NCBI RefSeq assembly: GCF_000181795.1
Contig: NW_003526945.1
Span: 2,608,488 to 2,672,487 of the forward strand
Length of the DNA: 64,000 nt
Source of the DNA: Trichinella spiralis
Taxonomy: Eukaryota
Direction: 5' to 3'
Shown here: one piece after another, positions 12,801 to 25,721 of the stretch
How the letters are laid out: every line of letters begins with the position of its first letter
Position numbering within the stretch: the first letter of the stretch is position 1
Translations under genes and position numbers: made by a program
The notes under the pieces: generated by a model
Databases searched by the model: none
What the model was told of the DNA's origin: nothing
The model's input: the letters and a program-made list of their open reading frames with translations, nothing else

Positions 12801-15774
12801 TTATGTCGCAGGGGTTTATATACTTTATGCAGATGGATCGGTTTCAATTCCACCCAAAATTTCAGGTACATTTCAAATTAAATTAAAAAACAATTTTTTA
12901 ATACTTATTTTTCAGAATTTCCGATGAATATTTCGTGCGCAGTTGAAGAGGATGTCATAATTCATCCTTTTGCTTATAGAACACATGCACACTCACTGGG
13001 TAGGTGATTTGGATTTGTTTTTGAATTGTTCAGTAGAAATCAGTTTTATTTATTTGAAATTAAATTTCATTATTAATTTTTAGGCAGAATAATAACCGGA
13101 TATAAATACCGTGACAACAAGTGGACTTTGATTGGAAAGGGTAATCCACAGTGGCCACAAGTAAACGAACAAACTTTCATTTTTATGCAATTTGAATTGA
13201 AAAAACAAAATTTAATATTAATCAGTATATTTTCAATTCATATGATATTATTTATTTTCATATTTTTAAAATTAAATATGAAAAATACTGTCGTTGATCG
13301 TAAACATGATAGTCAAGTTAATGAGAAATATCCGTCAGTTGAATTTGAAATTGATCTTTTTGTTTTTATATCTGCAGTGGTTTTATCCGGTGAAAGATAA
13401 AATAACCATAACAAAAGGTGACACCATTGCTGCGCAGTGTATATTCGATTCAACATCACGCGGGAACACAACTCAAATAGGGTTGGACTTTTTTTGGCGA
13501 TTTGTTTTTTTCATAAATATTTTTAACTTAACTTTGCACATAAGCATGTTAAATTTGCAATTTGAAAATGCGTGTTATATTTTGTTTTTCTCTAGTGCCC
13601 ATGGGATGGATGAAATGTGCAACTTTTATATGTACTATTTTGTCGAACTGAAGCATTTGGATGTGTTGGAAGATTTTTCGGCTTGCGGTAGTTCTGCCGA
13701 TGAGAGTCTCTTTTCAGAATATCCAGCTGACGCGAACAAACCATTGCCGCCTAACCCAGTTTTTGAGAAACAAGCGAAAATGGTCGCCGAGCGTTTTGGT
13801 ACTTGTTTGTTTATTATTATGCAAATTTTCTGCTTTTCTTTTCTCAATAATGGTAATAATGTTAATGATTTCCAATAGGACCAGAATTGATTGCTGACTG
13901 GTTGCAATCATTGGACGTGGCGATTGGTCAAATATCTGGAATTGCAATAGATGGTGATGACAATGTGTTGATATTTCATCGCGGACCTCGCATTTGGGAT
14001 GAACAGTAAATTTGGGAATGTTTGTTTGCATGTGTTCTAAAGCCTTGGATTTGGATTTAGATCTTTCGATTTGAATAATATGTTTCTTCAACAAGACAAA
14101 GGTCCAATTCGAAACGACACGGTACTTGTCATAAGCCCTGCTGGGAAGTTGTTGAAACGCTGGGGTGGTGGCTTGTAAGCAAGCAGTTCTTGTTCTTGTT
14201 GTCGTTGCTGTTTTCTGCAATAAATCCATTTACCATTTCAGATTCTACATGCCGCATGGAATATATGTGGATCATAAGAAAAAGCTGTGGCTTACGGACG
14301 TCGCTTTGCATCAGGTGTTTCGGTTTGATTTTGAAAGCAACACGGAAGAGTTGATTTTGGGCAAACGTTTCATTCCGGGCGGTAATCTGGAATTGTTTTG
14401 CAAGCCGGCCGCCGTTGCAGTTTCCAAAGATGGTTTGGTTTTTGTCGCCGATGGATATTGCAATAGTCGAGTGATGAAATTCAGCTATGATGGCAAATTT
14501 TTACAAGCTATTGATCTGTATACTATCGAAGGTGATGAACTGATATTTTTTGTTTGAAAAATTATTCATATCTTGTTGTTCATAGGTCATCGAAACGCAC
14601 TTGACTACATGCAAGTAGTGCATTCATTGGCAATTAATGATGAAAAGCAGGAACTGTTGGTCACGGACAGGGAAAACTCGCGTTTGGTGATTTTCAAGTT
14701 CAACGGCACTTTTTCTGGATTTATCAGAGAAAAGCACATGCGCGGCGCCCTTTACGGTGTTACCTATTGCCCTAAAAGTAATTTTAAATTGTTGTTTTTT
14801 GTTTGCATACATATTTTTTAAATTCAAATGCAAATTTAAGTGAACGTATTTTATGTGATCAACAATCAACTGAGTAGAGAAACGGTGGCACCAGTTGAAA
14901 TTCGGGTGTTTGCATTCGAGTCGGAATCGTACAGACTGCTTTATTCATTTAAGCCGGATAATTTTGTTTGTTTTCATTATTATTATTTTGTTGTTGTTTG
15001 ATTTATTTAAAAGAAACTTTCCAGGACTTCAAGAACACCCATTCTATTGCATGCAGTTTGAATTGTTCAAATATTTATATAAGTAAGTTGACATTATTTA
15101 TTTATTTTTGAAATATTCAACTGACAAAAGTTTTGTTCGTTTAATAATAATTTTATTATTGCTTTAGGCCATGGACTTCCAAATACGGTGTTGAAATTTA
15201 ACATTCACGCAATCAGTAAGCATTGAAAGAGATTGTTTTCTATTGATGCTTTTTTTTTGATTTTCTTGTTTCCTTCTGTAGGCAGTCCTATTCATGTAGA
15301 AAGGAATGTCGATAATGCGAATCTGTTGATGGAATCTAGAAATGAATTGTCGTTGTTTGATTCGCACACATTTTACACAACCGTCATCTTGTGCATGGTT
15401 GCCGCCATCATTCTCGCCATGGCAATAGCAGCGATCATGGTCGGCTGTCGTGTTTTAAATCGTCGTCAAGGCAGCAGTTGTACTCAATTTGGACTTTGAT
15501 TATTATTAATTTTTAATATTATTAATTTTTTTCCTATTTTCAGCTAACAGAGACAAATCGAACCACCCGTTGTTGAAAAATTCAAAATGGAGACAAGTAG
15601 GTTGTTTGTTTTGTTGCTGTGTTCTGGTAAAATATATTTTTTCCATTTGATAAGGGGTTTCAACCTCTGAGTACTGAAGATATCGATGCAGTCGATTACA
15701 CCTCGGACGACAGTGATGATAGGGAAGATCTACTGTATTCCAGTTCGCAGATGAGGAAAACTTCTGACCTGTGA
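9878..15774 (+). CDS. PAM: Bifunctional peptidylglycine alpha-amidating monooxygenase (PHM + PAL + transmembrane helix + acidic cytosolic tail)
   Basis: Exon 1 (9878-10006) is a signal peptide followed by [11 protein letters not shown], spliced to DEEYICY. PHM motifs: [53 protein letters not shown] motifs: [67 protein letters not shown]. Tail GFQPLSTED. Stop at 15772-15774. Confidence 0.93.
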
Positions 15775-18719
15775 TTGATTCACTTTGCTTTTGCTTTCGT
15801 CGTTCGTTTCTATTGTGTCATTGCTTCTTCGCTTTGCCATTGATTTTGCTTCTTTTTATTTTCATTTTTCTATTTTTTCTCTTTTTCTCTTTTTCTTCAC
15901 ACTATTGTTGTTTTATGGTCATTGATGTGCCAGAGTATGCCGTATTATTTGTATTATTTGTCCTCTTGCATGCTGATGATTTTCTTTTCTTCGTCGAAGA
16001 TCAACTTTCTGTGGCCCATTGAGTTTTTATTTTTTATATGATCAGCAGCTACGAAGGAAGAAGTGTTGTTTGTGTTTTTTCTTTATTTTTTGTTCTTGCA
16101 ACGATGCAGTTCAGTGAAAGAGAAATTCTACGCACAAAGGCAAACGTACGAAGCTGAAGACCAACCTATTCTTTTACACATTTATTGGTTGCTGAACGTT
16201 TAACGACAAAATGCAAGCATCAATGAGAAGAAAAGAGAAAATTTTCCACTCTTTTATTTGACATCTATACTTCAGAGCATTTGCAAAAATTTTTCCAAAC
16301 CAACAAATATGAAGAATACAACAGGATGCAGTTGTTAGCAATGATCATATTGATGATTTTAGTATGACAGTAAAGTTTGCCTTTGTGAAGTCACAATTTT
16401 TTTCCAACAAATGGCTTTTTTATTCATTCATATTCAATGAACTACGAATGTAAAATATGAACCTGAATTTCTTAATTTTGTACTTACAGTATACAGTAAA
16501 ATTCTGTTTGCGAAATTGCACGTCGAATACAGTCATCAAATATATTATTTATTAAAGGCAAGTGATTGGAATGCAATATTCAACATTTACTAATGTTAAT
16601 TGTTATTTTTAAATTTTATATTTCAATTTATTTTTCAAATTTCAAATGTCCTTCAGACATTCTTGACTGATTGCATTACTAAATACTGTATTGTATTCAA
16701 GTTAGACTGCCGCTAGGAAAAATTTAATGCAGTAATTGTGTGAAATAAATTTTAATTTTTATGAGGTATTTCATAAAAGATAGTATCACGAATACAGTTG
16801 TAATTTTTGATTTTTTTACAATACACTGATGCATAACGATCTGTTAGACTGATTGAAGTAAAGATAATTTGGCATTTGAGAAAACTTTCAAACATCGACT
16901 TGAATATAAAATGTTGATGTTACTTGAATCTTTGGTTAAACTATTTGGTGGTTGTGAAAAATATTACTGTATTCCAAATTTGTAAATGTAGCCATTAGTA
17001 AAATGTAAAACAAATTGGTTGTTCAGTTGTTGAATTTCATTCCTGTTTCAGTGAATCATTAATCTTTTAGAAATGTCTTTTTTTGTAAATAATTTGATTT
17101 AATTGTGATACCATTTGACAAATCGATATTTATTTTGTTATTTGAATCATTATTATTTTAATTAACAAAGCTATTATTTTAATTTAATATCAGTATGTAG
17201 GTGTATTTGGAAATAAGTGAGCTTGTTGAATCGTACGACTGTGCATTTTTAGTTCATGCAATTCGTTTCTAAGCATGGTTATGTTCACCTTTTACTGATC
17301 ATTCCCAGTGAACTTTTGATGAAAATCAGAAAGTTGCTAAAGTTAAATGTAAAGTCGGTTGAATATTTATTGAAGTTGTAGCTGCTGAATTAGCCTTTTC
17401 CCTAACATATAACGAATATGATTATTTCAATGATCATTGCTTTGATTGTTAGTTTGATATGTTAAATGAATTGCAATGTTAACAAGTTTTATTACATTAT
17501 AATATTATTTCTGTTTTATTCTTCAAAATGTACATTGCTTCGTAAATGTAAATGGGTCGTGATTTTTTTTAATTTTTCTAGAATCCTTGAAGAACATATA
17601 AAAAAAGATATTCAGGTAATTGTATAAGTGATAGCTTTATGTATAATAGCAACGAAAATGTTGAGATTGTTTTTGATTTTCGAATTTTTTTCTAATAAAA
17701 ATAGTAATTTTTCAAAAATATTACGACAGCTTTTAAATTAATATGATAAATAAAACAATAAATTCAGTAATTTAACAAAGTATATTAATAAATTGTTTTT
17801 ATTATAAAAATGCAAATAATCAAAGTATTATCTAGTTTTGCGATTGGAGCTAGTTTCTGTCATTTATAGTTCTGAAAACTGATCCTGTGCATGACTGGTG
17901 AATTATTTTCTGAACTATGACTGCGTTGATGGTATTTCTAGTTGGTGCATAAATTTCTGTGTAAAACTGTTTGTACACTTTTCCATTGGTGTCAGTGTTG
18001 TTAGTTGTACATGATAATGCACCTGATTGTGTGTTCTTTTTTCTTTAATAGTTCAACTGCCATATTCAGTTGATTAATTGATATACACATATATTTTTTA
18101 CAATTTTATTTTCAATTTTTGTAGTTATTTTTATATATTTATTCATTTTTAGTTGCAAAAAGTGGCAAAAATGCCAGCTACAGAATCCTGCATTCGTTTA
18201 ACGTAAACAAAGGACCACATTTTTATTGCTGCGTAATCAAAATTTAATCAAATCAAAAAAGAAAAGGTGAGAATTTATTTATTTGATTTTACTTATTTGA
18301 AATTAAAATTAAAAAATTTCTTACACAACAGAATGGACTCTTATTGTGATGTACAGTTTTGATATTGATAGTGGAAGTTGCGAAATTTGTATAATTTTAA
18401 TATATATATTACTTTGTTCATTGAATCGCACGCAAATGACTATTTATCTTTTATGATCAGAATAAATAAATTCACAAAATAAACAAATGAGAAGTTATAA
18501 TTTTGAAATAAGGCGATTTTCTCATAATTTATGAAAATTTATTCAACAAGTTTTACAGTACTTCTGATAGCGATTGATTATCTTCAGCAGAGCAAAAGTC
18601 GGTTCAACAATCGCGAATTGTTTTTAAAAATGGTGTTTTTCTGCTATTTTTTTTTTTGAAAAAATTATTATATTGATTTCAGTTTATGAGCAAGTGTATT
18701 TTTAGACAATCTCTTGAAT

Positions 18720-21700
18720 ATGAAATACCGGACGTTGTCTCAGTTGAAGTTGCTGATTTGGAAAAATATGCTGCTTCAGAAGCGTTCCTTGATGTGGACT
18801 TTGTTGGAACTGGGCATACCGATGTTGTTCGTTGTCATTTTGCTTGTTCTCAGACAACAAGTGGACAGTGCTTCTCGTCAAGCTGTCGAATATGCGGACT
18901 TTTCCATAACGGCTACTGTAGACGATTTTTACGAGCCAGTCGACGGTGAACCGATCCATTCTGTATGCTTCAGCCCGGTGCAGCTTTACTTCACACCGAA
19001 AAACAACCTTACAATTCAAATAATGAGCATTGTTAACAGTCGATTGAGACTTTTGTCAAAAGGTTGATTGAAATTAACTTTCTGTTTCATTCCAAAGCCA
19101 ATGTTTGTTTTTTACTCAGCTTATGAAAATGAACATACAATGGTTGAAGACATTATGAAAGAATTGAATCAGCTCGACTTGTGCGGCTGTTCAGCTTACG
19201 GTAAGCTTTTATTTTTTTTTTTCGTATTTGTAAAATGTCGTTTATTTGTTTATTTTTTGTTAATAGGTGCTGTTGTGTTTGAAGAAGGATTCCTTAATGA
19301 GGCGGGATTGGGAGAAGAATTGAAATACAAAATTCGACTTAGCAATACACCGAGAAACTCGCAATCCAGGCGTGGCACTTGGAACATTGGGCAAGCGAGT
19401 TTGTTCAACGTCGGACATGGGTGGAAAACAAATGCACTGTATGCATTTCCACCTCAGAATGGACCTCGTCAGAGCAATTCAACGGATGGTGGTAAACCAG
19501 GTATACATACACATAAATGAATTGTAAATTATCTCTATCTTATGTATTTCATATTGTTATTATTATGTAACATTGCAAAATTTCACTGATGAATTCACTA
19601 ATTTAATAATTTGTGGGTGTTTTTTTACAGGATATTGGCGAGAGGGATTTTTGATTCTTCAACACGCAATTGACAAAGCTATTATCCGTATGCTGGCTTC
19701 AAATGTTACTGACGTGGATAAATTTCACGTGCATCTAAAACGATTTGTTTATCCCCCTTACGTTGATAATCCGTTTATCACCGTGATTCAGCAGCATCTG
19801 CCTGTGATTATTCTGTTAAGCTTTGCATTCAGCGTTGTCTACATCTCCAGAACTGTGGTCATGGACAAAGAGTTGCGCGTCAAGGTAAACAACCGCAACT
19901 ATCATGATTCGAATACACTGAATAGTTGAAATTCAATTGAATTATTCCGCTTGTCGTTCAGGAATATATGCGTGTGATGGGCTTGAAATTTTGGGTTCAT
20001 TCAGCGGCGCATTTTATCTGCAACTTCCTCAAGCTGGCGTTCATCTCGACCATGTTGACGCTTTTCCTGTGCATCAGCATAAACGACAAGAAAATACTGG
20101 TGAAATCGGACCCCAGCGCTGTGTTGTTCTTTTTCTTAATCTATTCGGCTACGTCGGTTTGCTATTGCTTTGTCGTTGGATCGTTTTTCAAAAATGGTAC
20201 GGTAGAATTTAAGAAGTTCAAGTTCGTATCGGTTTTATTTATTCATTCGTGTTTGTTTGTCATCGTCGTTGTGCAGGCAACGTAGTCGCCGGCTGTACAG
20301 GTTTGGTTTGGTGTTCCTTGTATTGGCCGTATTTTTTCATACAGCCTCGTTACGCTTCTGTGCTTCGATCGACCAAACTGTTGACATGTTTGCTTGTGAA
20401 TTCAGCCATGTCTTATGGTATACAGTTGATTGGTATACTCGAGGGTCAGAGTGAGTTGATTTTTCGTCTCTTTGCTTCCTGTTGTACAGATACCGAACGG
20501 ACTTTCTTTTCGAATGTTCAAATTTAGATGTTGGTTTGCAGTGGTATAATTTATTTCATCGTGGAACAATGTACAACAATTTGTCAATGATTGAAGTGAT
20601 TGGCATGCTATTGGTCGATGCTGTGCTGTGCTTGTCGATTGCTTGGTATGTCGAAGCGGCCAAACCTCGGTACAACTCAATCAGGCAATTTATTTCGGTA
20701 AATTTATTACAATTGTTTGCCACTTTTTATTATAATAGAATCTGTTTGTTATATAATGTTTTCAAGTATTTGTTTATTTTGATAAAAAATATCTCAGTCA
20801 AAATTTTGTCATAAGTTATTCGGCAGCAGACGAAGAAAAAATTCGATTGGACAAGTAAGCAGCGAATCGTCTGCATCGAACAGTGCAGTTGGTCATTTTG
20901 AAGACTGCGACAATCCTGCTCGAGTGACAGTTTCTATTCGCAAGCTTTACAAAGTGGGCTGTTATTATTTGTTTGTTTGTTTGTTTGTACATGCAGTTTT
21001 TATAGATATATGAAAATCAATCATCTGGCAGAAAAACAGCTGTTGAAGATTTGACGTTGGATTTATATTACGGTCAGATTACTGCTCTGCTTGGTCACAA
21101 CGGTGCGGGCAAAAGTACGACCATATCGATTCTAACAGGTAGCAAGCATCAATTTTTAAATTATAAATGGTTATTTTTTATTTATTTATTATTATTGTTT
21201 TCAGGTGTGCTAGCTCCTAGTTGTGGTAGTGTCACAATCAACGGTATGGATATGAGGAAACATTTTGATAAAATACAAACAACTTTGGGCTATTGTCCCC
21301 AGTATAATCCACTGTTTGCTTGTATGACAGTTTACGAGCATTTGAAATTCTACTGCAAGGTGAATGTGAATGAAGTGTTTGAATTTTTGACAAATTTTCA
21401 CCTCATTTGTGCGTTTCTTCAGCTAAAGGGAAGACAACTGATGCCGACCGAAGTGGATCGTTTGTTGCATTTGTTGAACTTGGAGTCGAAGCGCCATTCG
21501 CTGGCTGATCACTTGTCGGGAGGCATGAAGCGGAAATTGTGCGTTGCTATTGCATTGATCGGTGGCTCTGAGGTATTTATTGTACTGTAAGAAGGGGAGG
21601 GGGAGGGAGAGGGGGGAATTGTGCAACATTGCAAAAATTGAAAGTTGTCATTATTTCGTGAGGTGGTGCTGTTGGATGAACCTACGACAGGCATGGACCC

Positions 21701-24700
21701 GCGCGCAAGACACGACGCCTGGCAGCTGTTGCTCGAAGAGAAGCAGTACAGGACGATGCTGTTGACAACACACTTTATGGAAGAAGCGGATTTGCTCGGT
21801 GATCGAATTGCCGTACTGTCCAACGGCACTTTGCAGTGCTGCGGCACGAGCTTCTTCCTCAAGCGACAGTTTGGTAAAAGAAACTCAAGTTGCGGTGTAT
21901 TCTTGGTTCTTTTCTCAAAGTTGCGATTGTTCTGCAAACAGGCGATGGTTACCGACTGAAAGTGATTTTCAAATATGCCGGCAAAGAGAAGGCGGAACAG
22001 TTGTTGAAATTGATCGAAGAATACATCCCGGGCGCGCAGTTGTCCAACTGCATTGGCACGGAAGCAATTTACACCGTGCCGTTGATCAAGGGTCCGAAAT
22101 TGCACGCGCTTTTTGCAAGCATCGAACAAAAGCTCGACCAGTACGACGTCGAATCGTTCGGCTTGTCCATTGTTACAATGGAGGAGGTGTTTCTGAGAGT
22201 CAGTCCCAAAGAACCGGCCGTCGATAACGGCCAAGCTCACCTCTCAGCGCTAGCTGATGAACTTGATCACAGTAAGCAGTTATTTGTAACATATAATAAT
22301 AAATGGGTGGGGGAAGAATTTTTCATTTTGAAAAGCCATCTTAGAACTGGAAACACTGAACAGAAGAAGTCGGTTGAACAAGGGCTTCAAGTTGGCCAGG
22401 CAGCAGTTTTGGGCGTTGGTGGTGAAGAGGACGCTGGACGCGGTACGCAATGGTCGACTGTTGTTGGTGCAGTGGGGCGTGCCGGTGCTGTTCGTCGCGG
22501 TGGCGTTGGCGATCAATCGCTGCTTGCCCGACGAACGCCACTCCCCCGCACTGCCTCTGACAGTGGAGACGTACGGTCCGACGCGCATAGGCGTCTACAG
22601 CGACGCACGGCTAGACGGGCTCCTGGCCGACCAGTATCGGCTTCAGTTTTCCACCGAACAGACGGTCGAACTGGTCGACGACGGTAATTTCACCAGATTC
22701 GTGCTCGAACGGATCGAACTGTCCGACCAGGCTCTGTTCGACCGGCGCTACGTGGTCGGGGCGTCGTTCGAAGCCGGCTCCAACGGCACCGTCCACTTGA
22801 CGGGCCATTTCAACAACCAGCCCCTGCACGCGGTGGCCGTATCTCTCAACGCACTCGACAACGCCCTGCTCAGATACGCCGATGACCACACGGGCGAGGG
22901 GCATTGCCGGTCGCTGACGACGGTCAACGAGCCGTTGCCGGCCACCGAGTTCGACCGGCTGGTCAATTGGTTCGAAGTGGGCGTGACGGAGTTCAATTTG
23001 GCGTTCAACTTGGTATTCGGCTTCTCCCTGTCGACAGGCACGTTCGTGCTGTTCTCGATTACCGAACGTCGGTCCGGCGCCAAGCACTTGCAGCAGCTGT
23101 GCCACGTCGAACCGGCGCTCTTCTGGGTCGCCAACTTCGTCTGCGATTTTGTTGTTTACTTGTTTACTGTTTTTTCTGTGCTGCTGGTGTTCGTCGCTTT
23201 CGACGTCGACGTGCTGATCGACGGCTGGCGTTGCTTGCACACGCTGCTCTTGTTCGTCTTGTACGGCTGGGCGACGATACCGTTCATGTACGTGGCGTCG
23301 TTTTTCTTCGACTCTGCTACCGCTGGATACGTCAAAATGACCGTCTTTAATTTATTATCTGGTAACACGGTTGTTGCTTGTACTGGTGGTGGGTTGTAAT
23401 TTGAGCTTTTACCTTTCCAGGCCTCCTGACTCTTGTTGTGATCGCTGTTCTGCTTTTGTTGAACATGACCGACTTGCACGAAACGTTGACATAGGTCTTC
23501 ATGGCTCTGATACCAACTGTTTGCCTTAGTCAAGCGACTCGATTGCTCACTATTTCTACTATTTNNNNNNNNNNAAGCACTTGCAGCAGCTGTGCCACGT
23601 CGAACCGGCGCTCTTCTGGGTCGCCAACTTCGTCTGCGATTTTGTTGTTTACTTGTTTACTGTTTTTTCTGTGCTGCTGGTGTTCGTCGCTTTCGACGTC
23701 GACGTGCTGATCGACGGCTGGCGTTGCTTGCACACGCTGCTCTTGTTCGTCTTGTACGGCTGGGCGACGATACCGTTCATGTACGTGGCGTCGTTTTTCT
23801 TCGACTCTGCTACCGCTGGATACGTCAAAATGACCGTCTTTAATTTATTATCTGGTAACACGGTTGTTGCTTGTACTGGTGGTGGTTGTAATTTGAGCTT
23901 TTACCTTTCCAGGCCTCCTGACTCTTGTTGTGATCACTGTTCTGCTTTTGTTGAACATGACCGACTTGCACGAGACGTTGACTTGGGTCTTCATGGCTCT
24001 GTTTCCAAACTTTTGCCTTGGTCAAGCGCTCAGCACTTACTATTTCAACTATTTCGTTTTCAGCTCCTGCGAGCCGCTGATGCCATTCTGCGAGTTCACG
24101 CCGGATGCGTTTTGTTGTGGCCAGGGTTTGTGTTCTCTGTTTTTTTATATTTTATTTTCCACGTTCATTGTCTCTACTTTGCATACCAACAACAACAGAT
24201 ACTTTCACCGGTGACCAGCTGCGATGGAAACGACCCGGCATTGGACGGTTCTTGTTCTTCTTGTTCTTGCACGGCACACTGTCCGTGGTGTTGTTGTTGC
24301 TGTGGATCGACACCGACCGCCCGCGGGACCGTGACCACTGGTCGAGATCCGTCGGTCAGCTTTTGCTCGGAATCAGGCGCCGGCTGTTCGAATGTACGCG
24401 ACACGGCGGCGGCGCCAGCCAGCAGCGTCTGACGGACCGTGAGAACCATGACAACGAGACCGGTCGAACGGAGACGAGCTGCGGCGAGCCGTTGCTGCGC
24501 GTGGAGCGTCTGCGGAAAGAGTACGGCTCCGGGGACCGGCGTCTGGTCGCGGTCGACGGGGTCAGTTTCCAAGTGCTCGGTGGCGAGTGTTTTGGCCTAC
24601 TCGGCTGCAACGGAGCCGGCAAGACGAGCACGTTCCGCATGCTCAGCGGCGAGCAGGCGATCGACGCCGGCGATGCGTTCGTCCACCACACCAGCTTGAG

Positions 24701-25721
24701 ACTCCGCTGGAACGAGGTGGGATGTTCTGCTTTCCAACCAGTTCCAATACACCTGCTCTGTGCTTGTGTTTAGGCAAAGTCGATGATTGGCTATTGTCCA
24801 CAGTTCGACGCCCTGTTGGACAATTTGACTGTCGCGGAAACGTTGACGTTGTTTGCACGTTTGCACGGCATTTTGGCCGGCGATTTGGGTGACGTGATCG
24901 ACAGTGCCGCCGACTCGGTCGGCTTGTCCGCTTTCAAGCGGCAGCGAGTCGAATGTTTGAGGTAGTGCTTGATGTGGAAATGAGATTGAATGGTCGTTTG
25001 TTTGTTTCTGTTTTCAGTGGTGGCAATAAGAGAAAGTTGAGCTTGGCGATAGCGTTGATCAACTGTCCGCCGGTTCTGCTGTTGGATGAGCCGACCAGCG
25101 GTGTCGACCCGGCATCTCGACGAACCATTTGGAAAATTCTCGAATCGGCACGTCGTGCCGGAGTTTCGATTGTACTAACATCGCACAGGTACACTTTTGC
25201 CGATCAAATTCCCGTTCAAATGTCGTACCTTGTGGTGCACATTTCGAAGTAGAAGTGATCATTTGTTTGTTGTGGACTTTGCAGCATGGAAGAGTGTGAA
25301 GCTCTTTGCAGCCGTTTGGCCATTATGGCTGGCGGTGAGATAAAATGCACCGGTTCCCCGCAGCAGTTGAAATCCAAATATGGCAAGGGCTATTTGTTGA
25401 TTGTTCGAGTGAAAAGTGAGCAGCTGATTGTGCCCTTTGTGCGAATGTTGGAGCAGTCGTTCCCAGGTCTATCAGTCGAAGTATAAATTGAACACGAGCT
25501 GAAATTCCTACTCATCGTTATTGATTAATTATCATTTATTCTTTCCTTTGTTGTAGGAAATTCATGGCACACAGATGCACTGTATAATTCCATTCCAATC
25601 ATCAACGTGGTCTGGTTTGTTTCTGACACTTGAAACGATGATCGAACCATGCGGCATTGTCGACTATATGCTCTCGCAACCGTCTTTGGAGCAAATATTT
25701 CTAACTTGCGTCAGCTTGTGA
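18720..25721 (+). CDS. ABC transporter subfamily A (ABCA3-like), full transporter, multi-exon; interrupted by an N-gap and a duplicated segment
   Basis: N-terminal QLKLLIWKN and [18 protein letters not shown]1: GHNGAGKST / LSGGMKRKL / [11 protein letters not shown] / [12 protein letters not shown]2: GCNGAGKTS / LSGGNKRKL / [11 protein letters not shown] / [13 protein letters not shown]-terminal [10 protein letters not shown], stop at 25719-25721. Confidence 0.93.
23082..24054 (+). repeat. About 480-bp direct duplication on either side of a 10-N gap (23082-23564 vs 23575-~24054); probably an unmerged contig overlap
   Basis: The two copies are identical at the start (AAGCACTTGCAGCAGC...). Mismatches accumulate only in the last ~170 nt of the left copy, next to the gap. 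Confidence 0.85.

Noticed and set aside
5580..15774. Carboxypeptidase next to PAM as a neuropeptide-processing gene cluster
   Set aside because: The peptidase is M14A-type with a propeptide and no catalytic Glu, not the CPE/EGL-21 (M14B) type that acts upstream of PAM.
21509..24866. Many long antisense and alternate-frame ORFs
   Set aside because: Shadow ORFs of GC-rich ABCA exons; no independent motifs.
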